Shown here: piece after piece, positions 30,501 to 40,640 of the stretch
How positions within the stretch are numbered: the stretch's first letter is position 1
Layout: each line of letters starts with the position of its first letter
Assembly: GCA_020184695.1 (NCBI GenBank)
Contig: JAANOX010000002.1
Coordinates: forward strand, 310,001-374,000
DNA length: 64,000 bases
DNA from: Histomonas meleagridis 2922-C6/04-290x
Lineage: Eukaryota; Protista; Parabasalia
Direction: 5' to 3'
Notes under the pieces: model-generated
The model's database searches: none
What the model saw: only the letters and a program-made list of their open reading frames with translations
What the model was told of the DNA's origin: nothing
Made by a program: the position numbers and the translations under genes

Positions 30501-32854
30501 CGACAATATTTAAATATGCGTTTTATCATATGTTATTATTATATCAAATTATATCAATCGAAAAATTCGAATGTTCATTAAGTCAATCGATAAATGAAAT
30601 ATTTAAAGCAATTAACGAAAATAATTTCCATTTCGAATCGCCAATGATCCAACGATTAATGACTGAAATCACTCGTTTACCAGGCGGAAATGAATTCGAT
30701 GTATCATCGAAATATCTTCAAGACAAATTAAAATATTTGTTACAACGTATAGAACTTTCGTGTTATAAATCAGAAGAAAATTATATTTTTTCGTTGAATG
30801 AATCCAACAAAGAAAATTATGAAAAAATGAATTCGTTTCATCAACAATTGTATAAGCCATTGCTATCGAAACGATTTATATATAACTTAAATCGTTATAT
30901 ACCGAATTGGTGTGAAACTTTTTTGGGTAATTTTAATGATATCATCCGAAATGATTTACAAAAACAAATCGCTGTAATTGATAATCGAATTAATTCTCTG
31001 TTGGAAGTACATCAGATTCATATTGTTATGGATAGCTCGCAAGCAATGATAGCTATTTTGGAGTTCTTGAACATTGCGTTGACACATTCGAAGTTTAAGT
31101 TCTATTTCATTCGAATTTCTAATAATGTTTTCGATGATGAAAAGAAATTCGATTATTTTAACTCCAAAAGATTTAATGAAATTGATCAATGGAATCGACA
31201 AATTGTATCCGAGTCAAATAACTTATTAACGCCGAAAGATGATGAAGGCAACAGCAATAAGAGAATGCCCGAAACGAGGATGCTTCTGTCTGAGATTGAT
31301 GTTGCCAAACGAGTTTGCAATTCAATTTTGATAACACATCAAATTGATCAACTTCAAAAGTTCAAACAAAAAGTGAAAGATTTTGACATCAAACTAAACA
31401 AAATAAATCAGTTTGATTACAACGAAAATTTGAATGATTTAACGCCAAATGAAATTTTATTGATGTTTAGGAACGAGAAAACATTGAACATATATAAAAT
31501 TATTAATTATTTAACAAAGAAATTTTCAATTAAAGATATTAACGATATTTCACATCAAATGTCGGCTCTACTTAATTTATATTTTAATAATTCAATTAAA
31601 CAACTTCATTATACATGGAATATCATTACTAACTCAACAATAAAAGGCTACAAACAAAACGTTGAACAAAAAGAGTTATATTATTTCTATCATAATTACG
31701 TCCTAAGTTGTAATAATTCACTTTATTCATCCGAAATTTCAAACAAATTATTTAATGAAATTTTGTTAATAAATCATTATAATGATATCATTAAAGACAA
31801 AAAACATAGGAATCGAATATTAGACACCGAATTTAAGGATAAAATATCAAAAGAGTTCGATGACCTTTTAAAAGATTTAATACATCAAAAACAAAATCTG
31901 AAGTTAACGTTCAAAAGGCAAAAAAACGAATTTCTGAACAAAACTCAAGCAAACATTGACAAAGCAAAAGAAACAAAATTTGAATTCAAAAACGATCAAA
32001 CAATTTTGCCGATCGAATCGAATTCAATTGACATAAATGAATTAAACAATGAAATTAATAAGTTAAAAATCGAAGTGAAGAAACTTAGAATTGCTCGTTG
32101 CCTTTCTGGTATTGCTACACAACGTTTTTACGCTAAAAGAATTCAAACGTTTGGAATTGATTTAATGAATGAAAAATCAAAATTTTGGGAATCGAAACGC
32201 GATTTCAAGTTACAAAAGGCAGAAATGCGAAATCAGCTAAAGGAAGCGTATCAACGACTTGAAGAGAATTCGATTGAAATCGAATCCTTAAAACAACAAA
32301 TTGAAAATGAAAGACAAAACACTATAAAACTTGTGCAATGGAAAGCTCTGAACACCAAAAAAGAAGAAGAGCTCAAAGAAAAGTTAGCCAAAATCACAAA
32401 GAATAATCAAGATATAATTAACATCGACGATTTACTTAAGAAAATTAAAAAGTCGAAAGAGAAATTGGAAGCGCTGAACAACGAAACGAATTTGATCCAG
32501 GAAGAACACCAAAAATCCATCAAAATGCCGATGATGCAAATCGAGAAAATCCGCAAAGAGATACAAAACGTAATAATAACGCGAACAGAGAACTTCAAAA
32601 CAAAAAACTTCGAAGGTACAAACGGAAATGGAAATGAAGAAATGTTGAAGAAACAAATTATCGATGAGAACTCATTGCTGAGGACTATAAATGAACAATT
32701 GCAGAGACAAATTGCGAATTTGGAAAATGAAAAAAATAAAATTCCAAATTTACAGAGTCAAATTCTAGCAAACAAATCGGCGGCGAAAGTGACAAAACAA
32801 ATGGCGCGAAGCATAACGATACCGACGCCAAAGAGAACGCGCTCGTACAAATGA
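27512..32854 (+). CDS. Large hypothetical protein with C-terminal coiled coils
   Basis: Uninterrupted ORF of about 1780 aa. The C-terminal 350 aa are E/K/Q-rich with heptad character. No family recognised. Confidence 0.75.
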   Translation: MNLELEAEKNEEELGKIIKEVTTSMEQKIKNFSSENISAFTTSIPTKTLLDYQNERELAISKIESETSQISPTSYFEKLFDQCQNLKIPTISLTNFFENEISRIFHLKEVTLSRFEDISIQKESLQTYINYQKEITTEIHQCELALARLTSKLTLLSTEDDILYYIRSFFHSFIREIMLKTFLTIFKTFPISNRYTIIKTCLSHIENDINSSARQHTPNLPFLLNNENDLNNEIIRYQKLFNIKANFNDENGQMYLYQSDLLFTQSFERIISLKHKPIEVPEITYEVQKNNRELIDEQFYNDIEIIVSLQNVYEIVKSNEIKQISEYIKETVNSYNHTIGIRKRIGDTSGFLKRKETLPLEKIKCWLRLKILNIRLFYEGILSCINFFEGIKQNINKSHYTFQRNEHFPKIFNVVNDDKTIFFKSATKKFDLIIKILLKVASYYIQCYNPIENYETKNKVIDYLTILEQIFELEYKFCDSKRELLQVYYDIYLHNPQKHYTKEIYKIIEEKPIFNLTLYNYFNYSFNVSIELMNERAKLIYTLYELQIFHERKTNNSLPSFYPYFDRPSLIQCKTNFRFFIESIPLNPFEVYPSLSIIFKFLKIGEEISHDISQGIDFKGLQYFNYLHLSVIKEMNKQINKMILNGFIPFDPRNYPFHCNISKSVSSFIISPFLFDINSIFSLIKSNPKHKQLRFGLKYINVLLISFKLFKYLLISDILQNIYMFQNEISQTLENDIFMKPFLELLKKHNEEEEKENNSNSKLLNFALNDFEFVGIDFNDKDEILNENVLLKLLQFQMLHCIILEISIRYNYLLLDNNFIIEYFGLSNDDTDDIDLFLTQQIPKEEQTQIDDKKFVRSLMIQKFLYEHQNILNNNKKAKKNIEYFSVNIFITKSNIRKNLYKKYHNNNNINENELYNNYIQDVIDIFSAYSYRLELALVSRFIRQSLMNHSFIDYFIIDSTNIQLINEVGHIQNHFVIPSWVDSLLLLRNVPLLLQSTIFKYAFYHMLLLYQIISIEKFECSLSQSINEIFKAINENNFHFESPMIQRLMTEITRLPGGNEFDVSSKYLQDKLKYLLQRIELSCYKSEENYIFSLNESNKENYEKMNSFHQQLYKPLLSKRFIYNLNRYIPNWCETFLGNFNDIIRNDLQKQIAVIDNRINSLLEVHQIHIVMDSSQAMIAILEFLNIALTHSKFKFYFIRISNNVFDDEKKFDYFNSKRFNEIDQWNRQIVSESNNLLTPKDDEGNSNKRMPETRMLLSEIDVAKRVCNSILITHQIDQLQKFKQKVKDFDIKLNKINQFDYNENLNDLTPNEILLMFRNEKTLNIYKIINYLTKKFSIKDINDISHQMSALLNLYFNNSIKQLHYTWNIITNSTIKGYKQNVEQKELYYFYHNYVLSCNNSLYSSEISNKLFNEILLINHYNDIIKDKKHRNRILDTEFKDKISKEFDDLLKDLIHQKQNLKLTFKRQKNEFLNKTQANIDKAKETKFEFKNDQTILPIESNSIDINELNNEINKLKIEVKKLRIARCLSGIATQRFYAKRIQTFGIDLMNEKSKFWESKRDFKLQKAEMRNQLKEAYQRLEENSIEIESLKQQIENERQNTIKLVQWKALNTKKEEELKEKLAKITKNNQDIINIDDLLKKIKKSKEKLEALNNETNLIQEEHQKSIKMPMMQIEKIRKEIQNVIITRTENFKTKNFEGTNGNGNEEMLKKQIIDENSLLRTINEQLQRQIANLENEKNKIPNLQSQILANKSAAKVTKQMARSITIPTPKRTRSYK

Positions 32855-33328
32855 AATGCGATTAATAAATATTTGTATTTACTGTAATTCTTGTTGCGAA
32901 ATGTGTAAATTTTCTGTAATGACTATGTGCATAGAGAACATACTTTATAAATGAAATGCGATTGATAAATATTTGTATTTACTGTAATTCTTGTTGCGAA
33001 ATGTGTAAATTTTTCTGTAATGACTATGTGCATAGAGAACATACTTTATAAATGAAATGCGATTGATAAATATTTGTATTTACTGTAATTCTTGTTGCGA
33101 AATGTGTAAATTTTCTGTAATGACTATGTGCATAGAGAACATACTTTATAAATGAAATGCGATTGATAAATATTTGTATTTACTGTAATTCTTGTTGCGA
33201 AATGTGGAAATTTTCTGTAATGACTATGTGCATAGAGAACATACTTTATAAATGAAATGCGATTGATAAATATTTGTATTTACTGTAATTCTTGTTGCGA
33301 AATGTGTAAATTTTCTGTAATGACTATA
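32849..33328 (+). repeat. Tandem repeat, 100-bp unit, about 4.8 copies, starting at the stop codon of the upstream gene
   Basis: The ATG of AAATGAAATGCGATT recurs at 32851, 32951, 33052, 33152 and 33252. Copies are nearly identical. Confidence 0.95.
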
Positions 33329-33655
33329 TGGCCATATAGTGATCATTATATGATGTGTAAATACACTGTAACATCGACTTAAATTATTGAATGTTGTGGA
33401 AAGTGCTTCTCAAATACGCAGACAGTCGAATGTGTTATCATATAAAGCATATCGGAGTTTTTTCAACATGCTGAAAGAACTTTCTTTTGAATATTTTCTT
33501 TATTCGTAAATAAACAGGAAAATATTAAAAATACAATTTATTCTCTCGAATTTTATGATCATTTATAACAATTCAGTGAATATCAAACACACATTTGAAA
33601 ATTTCGTTCATGTATTTTCGGAAAATATATAAATTTTATTTGCTTTTATTAACTT

Positions 33656-34210
33656 CTAAATATGATTGAGAAATTTTTCTTCTTTAAAATCTTCAGCGAA
33701 CGGATCTTCTTCAATGTTATTTGTCGTTACAATTTGCAACGAACTTTCGATTTCGTTGTTCTCATGTTCTGAATTTTCTTCTTCTTGAATATCATCAGAA
33801 TGTTTCTTATGTTTGATTTTAATCAAAAGAATAACAATTAAAGTTCTTAAAATAATTCTGATTATTACAGATCAAACAGAAATGATAATGACATTCCAAT
33901 TTTCTTTCGTTTGAATTTCATTCGATAATAAAATTGTATAAAAATAAGAATAAAAACTATAATAACTTGAATAAACAATGATCGTATAATCATAATAAAT
34001 AAATTTTGTTTTAATATATGTATGTGATGAATTAAAAATTGAATATGAATATGAATTCATTTGTGTTTCATATATCGTAATCGTTTGTGTAATAGAATAT
34101 GAATATGTTAAAGTACTCATAAATGTTAATGAAGAATTAATGAAAAATGATTTTGTAAATGTATTTGTATTAGAAAATGTGTTTGAACGAGAAAATGTAC
34201 TTACATTAAT
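33656..34210 (-). pseudogene. Orphan C-terminal module of a surface protein (stalk, Tyr-rich segment, TM, DPF tail) with an internal TGA
   Basis: In one frame: STFSRSNTFSNTNTFTKS...YYDYTIIVYSSYYSFYSYFY...VIIISV*SVIIRIILRTLIVILLI...EEDPFAEDFKEEKF. Similar to the C-termini of 20619-22832 and 52943-55903. No ectodomain upstream. Confidence 0.75.
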
Positions 34211-34581
34211 TTAATTGAAAATTAGGAAAGTCTAAAACTGAAAATCGGCTTATAAATCATTTGATTTATTGAATTACATTACAAGTAATTGGTAAGAGGA
34301 ATTTTGGAATAAACATTAAATGTGATATTTATTTCAAAATGGAACCACCCATATTCTGCGTTTTTATTAATATTGATATTGTGGGGTCTTGAAACGCAAT
34401 AATTTCTTATTCAACATATTTCCAAATTGATCTGAATATAAAATTTTTAACAAAAAATTACAAAACAGAATGAAAGCCATATGGTGTTGAACAACAAATC
34501 GAATGCAGAGACAATAATTTATGAAGATAACAGAAATTCTAATGATTCCAATCATTATCATTTTGTACAAAAACAAAATAA

Positions 34582-35154
34582 TTAGCAACATTTTCCCTCC
34601 TCTGGTTCAACTCTTTCTTCAATTATAGTATTGGATGTTCGTTGCAATGACAAACTTGCAATTTTTTGAAGCAAATCATTTATTCCTGTATTTTCATATG
34701 CACTTACTTCAAAATAATGCATCTTAAAAGCTTTCGCTAGCTCATCGATGTCATGTTGCTGAACTTTTCTTTCATTTCTTCGATCTGATTTGTTTCCACA
34801 TAAAATAAAGGATGGGCTTTCTTTCCCACAGTTTTCTTGAACATCATCTATCCATCCTCGAATTGCCCTAAATGAATTCATGTTGGATAAATCAAAAACC
34901 AAAACTGCAATTTCTGCATCTCTAAAATAAATATTAACAAGAGATCTGAATGCTTCTTGACCTGCGGTATCCCATAAATTTAATCCTACTTTAGTTTCGT
35001 TATACGTATAATATATGGTTGCAAAGCCAACTCCTAATGTACTTGGTATATTATCGATTTCTTTATTTAATATCCTTTGAAGAATTGTAGTCTTTCCAAC
35101 AGAAGAAGAACCGCATAAAACGACTTTTGTGTTTTTGCTCTTGGAGGGCATCAT
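34582..35154 (-). CDS. Rab-family small GTPase (divergent)
   Basis: GSSSVGKT, WDTAGQE, NKSD and EVSA motifs with a C-terminal CC prenylation site. Confidence 0.95.
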   Translation of the reverse strand: MMPSKSKNTKVVLCGSSSVGKTTILQRILNKEIDNIPSTLGVGFATIYYTYNETKVGLNLWDTAGQEAFRSLVNIYFRDAEIAVLVFDLSNMNSFRAIRGWIDDVQENCGKESPSFILCGNKSDRRNERKVQQHDIDELAKAFKMHYFEVSAYENTGINDLLQKIASLSLQRTSNTIIEERVEPEEGKCC

Positions 35155-36714
35155 TTTCTCCACTTGAAAATTCAATTGAAAAAAAATTGGTTTCGGTTAT
35201 AACCACAAAAAGGCAACACACAACCGTTGAAGCAAAAATATTTCTGACCACTCTCTACGAAACACTTCATTTACTTGCAATGCATATTTAACTCTTACAA
35301 ATCAGGAAATACATCTTCATTTTTAGTTACTTTGATAAAAATTAATTTTGAGTTTTCCAAAATAGTACTATTTGATATTGGCAAAGTGGATTACCATGAA
35401 TTAAATGATTCTGTTTTATAGAAATTAAAATAAAAAATTTTTATTACAAAGCAATTTATTCTAATTATTAGCTGATGTAAATCAAATGTAATGGAATATT
35501 TTTGTTTCTATTCTCAGTATTTTAGTGAATTTGAATGTATATTGGTCAACTTCGGAGAGAACGGAGTCATACTGATTTTTCTTATGAAATTTCTAAATAA
35601 AAATTTACATCCATGAGAAACAAATTGATGGGGTTGTTATGATCAATTCTTCATTTGACCGTTTATATTGGTGTTTTCATAGTATTTTGATCGGTCGGTA
35701 TCACTTTTTCAATTATATGTACAAATAATCCAAATAATATTACTTCTTATGGATATAAATTTCAATTTAAAATATAATTTTATAAGAAGGATCGCTGTTG
35801 AGCTGGTTCTGGTTTTCTCATAAGAAGTACTAAAAATTTCTCATCAATTTAATTTGAGCTTAACTGTGTTAGATCTGTTCTAATGTTGTCTGAAATCGAA
35901 TAATATTAATTTATTATTTGTATACAAATTGTATGAAAAATATATTCTTTCAATCATTGAAATACATGTGAATTTGTACAAAATGCAAAATATATTTATA
36001 CATTAAATAACAGAATATTCTTATATTTTAAAATAGCATTCGATATGTATAATTGAAAAAATTCATCAAAACAATTCCTGATAATCTTAGGATGATTCGA
36101 GATGGTCATACAATTTAATAACCCAACAAAAAAAATTGAATGACAATAAAAAATATTCAAATCGACGATACACAATAATGTCAACAATTAGAAAAAAAAC
36201 AAATAAACGGCCACTCATTGGCACAAAAAATGAAAATTTTAACCGATATGAAAATTTAAAGTTCGAAACAACGAATCCGATATTATAATGAGTGAAATGC
36301 ATAAAATAGTATTTATTCTTATAATAACAAATTTTTATCGGATCAAATAATATCATAGTTTTAATAATAGAGAGATAAGAAAGAAAAATATTCGAATTTT
36401 TTTGTAACGGACATACTGTTGAATTTTATCGGTTGATTGGCATTTGTCAGCCAATAATTGTATTGAATAAATTCAAAAACTGCTGGTAGGTTTGGTAAGT
36501 ATTGAAAATTGAATGGAATAAATTGATCCCAAAAGCGATCATCAAAATTAAAACACATTTATTTTTATTAATTTACCATAATCGATTATATATATATATA
36601 AATTTATATGCATTAAATATAATTAAATAATATTTTTGAAAAAAAATTATTAATTTTGATGTATTTAAGAAGATATCGATATTTTAATATTTGAGAATAA
36701 CTTCACCATTCATT

Positions 36715-38781
36715 ATGTTCTTTGTTTTTGCTTCTGTGGCTCTTGCTGATGTAGCTCAACTTACATTAACAGCAACTCCCAATGCTTCATATGCCGCAGG
36801 TAGAGGTGGTACATATCTTCAATGGTCAAAATATCCAGGCAGTGAGAGGATTTATTATAAACTCTTCCAAAAAAGCAAAGATGAAGATGGCGTATGGTCT
36901 GAATGGAAGCAAATTAGTACATATAAGACTGGAACAATCGTAAACGTTTTAAACATTTACCCAAGTCAAAAAGATGGTAACAAGGGACAAAAATCTACAT
37001 CCACCCACACAACCTATGATGCAACTTTTGTATGGAATGATGGAACTCGAAAAACATTACCAAAGTCAGCAGCTTTAAAGGTTTGGATGGAAGGTGGTTA
37101 CATAGATGGAAAATATTACGAACCATATGGTGTTGACGGCGATACACAATTAATTTATGTCAAACCTATTTCTATTAATGATTTTGAAAGTAGTGTCAAA
37201 TCTAATCCTGATTTTATGTATGATTATGATGTTACCGTATTAGGTACATGGGATGGTTGTGGTGGATACTCAATTACCTCAGACACTGTAGATAAATTTG
37301 TCAAACCATACATTCAAGCTGGTTATGGATTTTTAACCGGACATGATACAATCTGTCACATTTTTACATCAGGTGGAAGCCCTAGGTCAATGACAAAAAT
37401 CAGAGACTTGTTTGGAATCAAAGTCAATACGCTTGATGCCAAATCAGGATCATCATTTGGTGCTATATATTCCTCCACAGTATCAATTCAACGCAAAGGC
37501 TTATTAACCAACTACCCATACATGATTGGTGACATTGGCACAACCTTAACTATTCCACAAGCGCATACAGAAAGCCAAGCATCTGTTGGTGATGTCTGGA
37601 TGTCATTTAACAACAATGGCGTCCAAATCGATCGTAATGGATACCAACATAACTTTTACTTGACAACCAAAGATAACACAGCCATGATCCAAACAGGACA
37701 TAGTAATTGTGAATCAACTGAAGATGAGAGAAAAGTTATTGCCAACACAATCTATTACCTTAAGCAAAGAACTTTCGACACATTTTCTACAGATCATTCA
37801 TCACAAGATAACAAAGCACCAAAGTGTTTCACACCAACATATTCAAACGATGAGTACACAGTTAAATTCGATGCAATCGATCAAGGATCAGATTATAAGT
37901 TTTATGTTGAAGCACATCTTGTTAATGGCGATGAGTTAGTTGGGAAATCACCAGAAGTCGATGTTACTGTCTCAACAGGTGTAGCCAAGTATATATACAC
38001 AATTACGAATGAAAAGAGTGTAGATTTGGGAGATTTGACCCTCCAAACAAAATCTCCTTATGTGTATCCAACATCAAAAGAAATCTCAAATGGTTACTGG
38101 GTGCACTACACAGCTGTAGATGCAGCAGGTAATGTAGGCGATATCAAGTCAGTACAAATTGATGTACCAACATGTTCGCCATCACGTTCACCATCACCAT
38201 CTCGCTCACCATCGCCATCTCAGTCACCATCGCCTTCTCGTTCACCTTCTGCTTCGCCATCTCAGTCACCATCGCCATCTCAGTCACCATCGCCATCTCA
38301 GTCACCATCGCCATCTCGCTCACCATCGCCATTAGTACCAACACGTTCAATATCAGCTTCAAGGTCACCTTCTGCATCTGCTTCTGCATCTGCATCGCCA
38401 TCTGCATCCCCATCACGCTCACCAACGCCATCAATATCACAGTCACCATCAGCTTCTCCGTCGCGTTCTCCGTCGCGTTCATTCCCACCATATTTGTCAT
38501 CAGATCAATGGTCAGAATGGCTTCAACAACAATATGACGAAGAACAAAAGAAGAAAATGACATATTACATTGCAGGCGGAGTTGCTATTGGTGTTGTTGC
38601 TATTGTCGTGGCTGCAGTTGCGGTGTTCCTTAAGTTCGGCTCTAAGCCACCAGTGCAAGAAATAGGCGAAGGATACGGAAAGCAAGTCGAAAAGGATTCA
38701 ACAGTCAATTACGATAACCCACTATATAACGAAACAGCAGATGATCCGTTCGAAGATGATTTCGCTGTTCAAAGAGAATAA
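36715..38781 (+). CDS. Type I membrane surface protein, paralog of 20619-22832, with Ser/Pro-rich stalk and NPxY/DPF/FxDxF tail
   Basis: Signal peptide MFFVFASVALA preceded by TCATT (Inr-like). Shared ectodomain motifs, SPSPSQ repeats and a TM helix. Tail NPLYNETADDPFEDDF. Confidence 0.85.
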   Translation: MFFVFASVALADVAQLTLTATPNASYAAGRGGTYLQWSKYPGSERIYYKLFQKSKDEDGVWSEWKQISTYKTGTIVNVLNIYPSQKDGNKGQKSTSTHTTYDATFVWNDGTRKTLPKSAALKVWMEGGYIDGKYYEPYGVDGDTQLIYVKPISINDFESSVKSNPDFMYDYDVTVLGTWDGCGGYSITSDTVDKFVKPYIQAGYGFLTGHDTICHIFTSGGSPRSMTKIRDLFGIKVNTLDAKSGSSFGAIYSSTVSIQRKGLLTNYPYMIGDIGTTLTIPQAHTESQASVGDVWMSFNNNGVQIDRNGYQHNFYLTTKDNTAMIQTGHSNCESTEDERKVIANTIYYLKQRTFDTFSTDHSSQDNKAPKCFTPTYSNDEYTVKFDAIDQGSDYKFYVEAHLVNGDELVGKSPEVDVTVSTGVAKYIYTITNEKSVDLGDLTLQTKSPYVYPTSKEISNGYWVHYTAVDAAGNVGDIKSVQIDVPTCSPSRSPSPSRSPSPSQSPSPSRSPSASPSQSPSPSQSPSPSQSPSPSRSPSPLVPTRSISASRSPSASASASASPSASPSRSPTPSISQSPSASPSRSPSRSFPPYLSSDQWSEWLQQQYDEEQKKKMTYYIAGGVAIGVVAIVVAAVAVFLKFGSKPPVQEIGEGYGKQVEKDSTVNYDNPLYNETADDPFEDDFAVQRE
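38170..38480 (+). repeat. Coding microsatellite-like repeats encoding an SPS(R/Q/A) stalk
   Basis: Recurrent TCTCAGTCACCATCGCCA and related 6/18-nt units. Confidence 0.85.
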
Positions 38782-38939
38782 ATTACTTCGAATTATAAAA
38801 TGTTTCTCTCTCAAACCAATGGGTTACATAAGTAAAAATTTGATTTACGTTTGAATTTGTCACTTTTGGTGTAAATGAAAATGTTATCGTAAATTTGAAA
38901 AGTGAAATATCTCAAAAGCGAATGATGCTGTGAAATGTA

Positions 38940-40547
38940 AATTAACGATGTAGTTATGTAATGTAAATAATTAACGATGTAGTTATATAATGTAAATAAT
39001 TAACGATGTAGTTATATAATGTAAATAATTAACGATGTAGTTATGTAATGTAAATAATTAACGATGTAGTTATATAATGTAAATAATTAACGATGTAGTT
39101 ATATAATGTAAATAATTAACGATGTAGTTATGTAATGTAAATAATTAACGATGTAGTTATATAATGTAAATAATTAACGATGTAGTTATATAATGTAAAT
39201 AATTAACGATGTAGTTATGTAATGTAAATAATTAACGATGTAGTTATATAATGTAAATAATTAACGATGTAGTTATATAATGTAAATAATTAACGATGTA
39301 GTTATATAATGTAAATAATTAACGATGTAGTTATATAATGTAAATAATTAACGATGTAGTTATATAATGTAAATAATTAACGATGTAGTTATATAATGTA
39401 AATAATTAACGATGTAGTTATATAATGTAAATAATTAACGATGTAGTTATATAATGTAAATAATTAACGATGTAGTTATATAATGTAAATAATTAACGAT
39501 GTAGTTATATAATGTAAATAATTAACGATGTAGTTATATAATGTAAATAATTAACGATGTAGTTATATAATGTAAATAATTAACGATGTAGTTATATAAT
39601 GTAAATAATTAACGATGTAGTTATATAATGTAAATAATTAACGATGTAGTTATATAATGTAAATAATTAACGATGTAGTTATATAATGTAAATAATTAAC
39701 GATGTAGTTATATAATGTAAATAATTAACGATGTAGTTATATAATGTAAATAATTAACGATGTAGTTATATAATGTAAATAATTAACGATGTAGTTATAT
39801 AATGTAAATAATTAACGATGTAGTTATATAATGTAAATAATTAACGATGTAGTTATATAATGTAAATAATTAACGATGTAGTTATGTAATGTAAATAATT
39901 AACGATGTAGTTATATAATGTAAATAATTAACGATGTAGTTATATAATGTAAATAATTAACGATGTAGTTATATAATGTAAATAATTAACGATGTAGTTA
40001 TATAATGTAAATAATTAACGATGTAGTTATATAATGTAAATAATTAACGATGTAGTTATATAATGTAAATAATTAACGATGTAGTTATATAATGTAAATA
40101 ATTAACGATGTAGTTATGTAATGTAAATAATTAACGATGTAGTTATGTAATGTAAATAATTAACGATGTAGTTATATAATGTAAATAATTAACGATGTAG
40201 TTATATAATGTAAATAATTAACGATGTAGTTATATAATGTAAATAATTAACGATGTAGTTATATAATGTAAATAATTAACGATGTAGTTATATAATGTAA
40301 ATAATTAACGATGTAGTTATATAATGTAAATAATTAACGATGTAGTTATATAATGTAAATAATTAACGATGTAGTTATATAATGTAAATAATTAACGATG
40401 TAGTTATATAATGTAAATAATTAACGATGTAGTTATATAATGTAAATAATTAACGATGTAGTTATATAATGTAAATAATTAACGATGTAGTTATGTAATG
40501 TAAATAATTAACGATGTAGTTATATAATGTAAATAATTAACGATGTA
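38940..40547. repeat. 29-bp satellite/minisatellite, about 55 copies (AATTAACGATGTAGTTAT[A/G]TAATGTAAAT)
   Basis: Exact 29-nt period with a single A/G polymorphic site. No spacers, so not a CRISPR array. Confidence 0.97.
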
Positions 40548-40640
40548 ATTTTGAAGACAAAATGATAAAATGATAAAACTGTTGTCCACAGAAAAATCCA
40601 TTTTGTATTAATTGGGTGTTTACTCAGTAAAGATAATTAT

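Noticed and set aside
29700-32000. Patches enriched in TCGA/CpG-containing codons within long ORFs (also in the RapGAP and VPS35L genes)
   Set aside because: An impression by eye only. It needs a sliding-window codon and dinucleotide count before it can be claimed.
35500-36560. Intergenic region with degenerate coding-like reading on both strands
   Set aside because: Multiple stops and no identifiable family. Possibly a gene relic, but unsupported without a search.
38144-38563. Antisense and alternate-frame ORFs over coding repeats (also 53734-54162, 54832-55179 and 25731-26250)
   Set aside because: Shadow ORFs caused by stop-poor repeats or the opposite strand of real genes.
38940-40547. 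CRISPR array
   Set aside because: The repeats are contiguous with no unique spacers, the context is eukaryotic and there are no cas genes.
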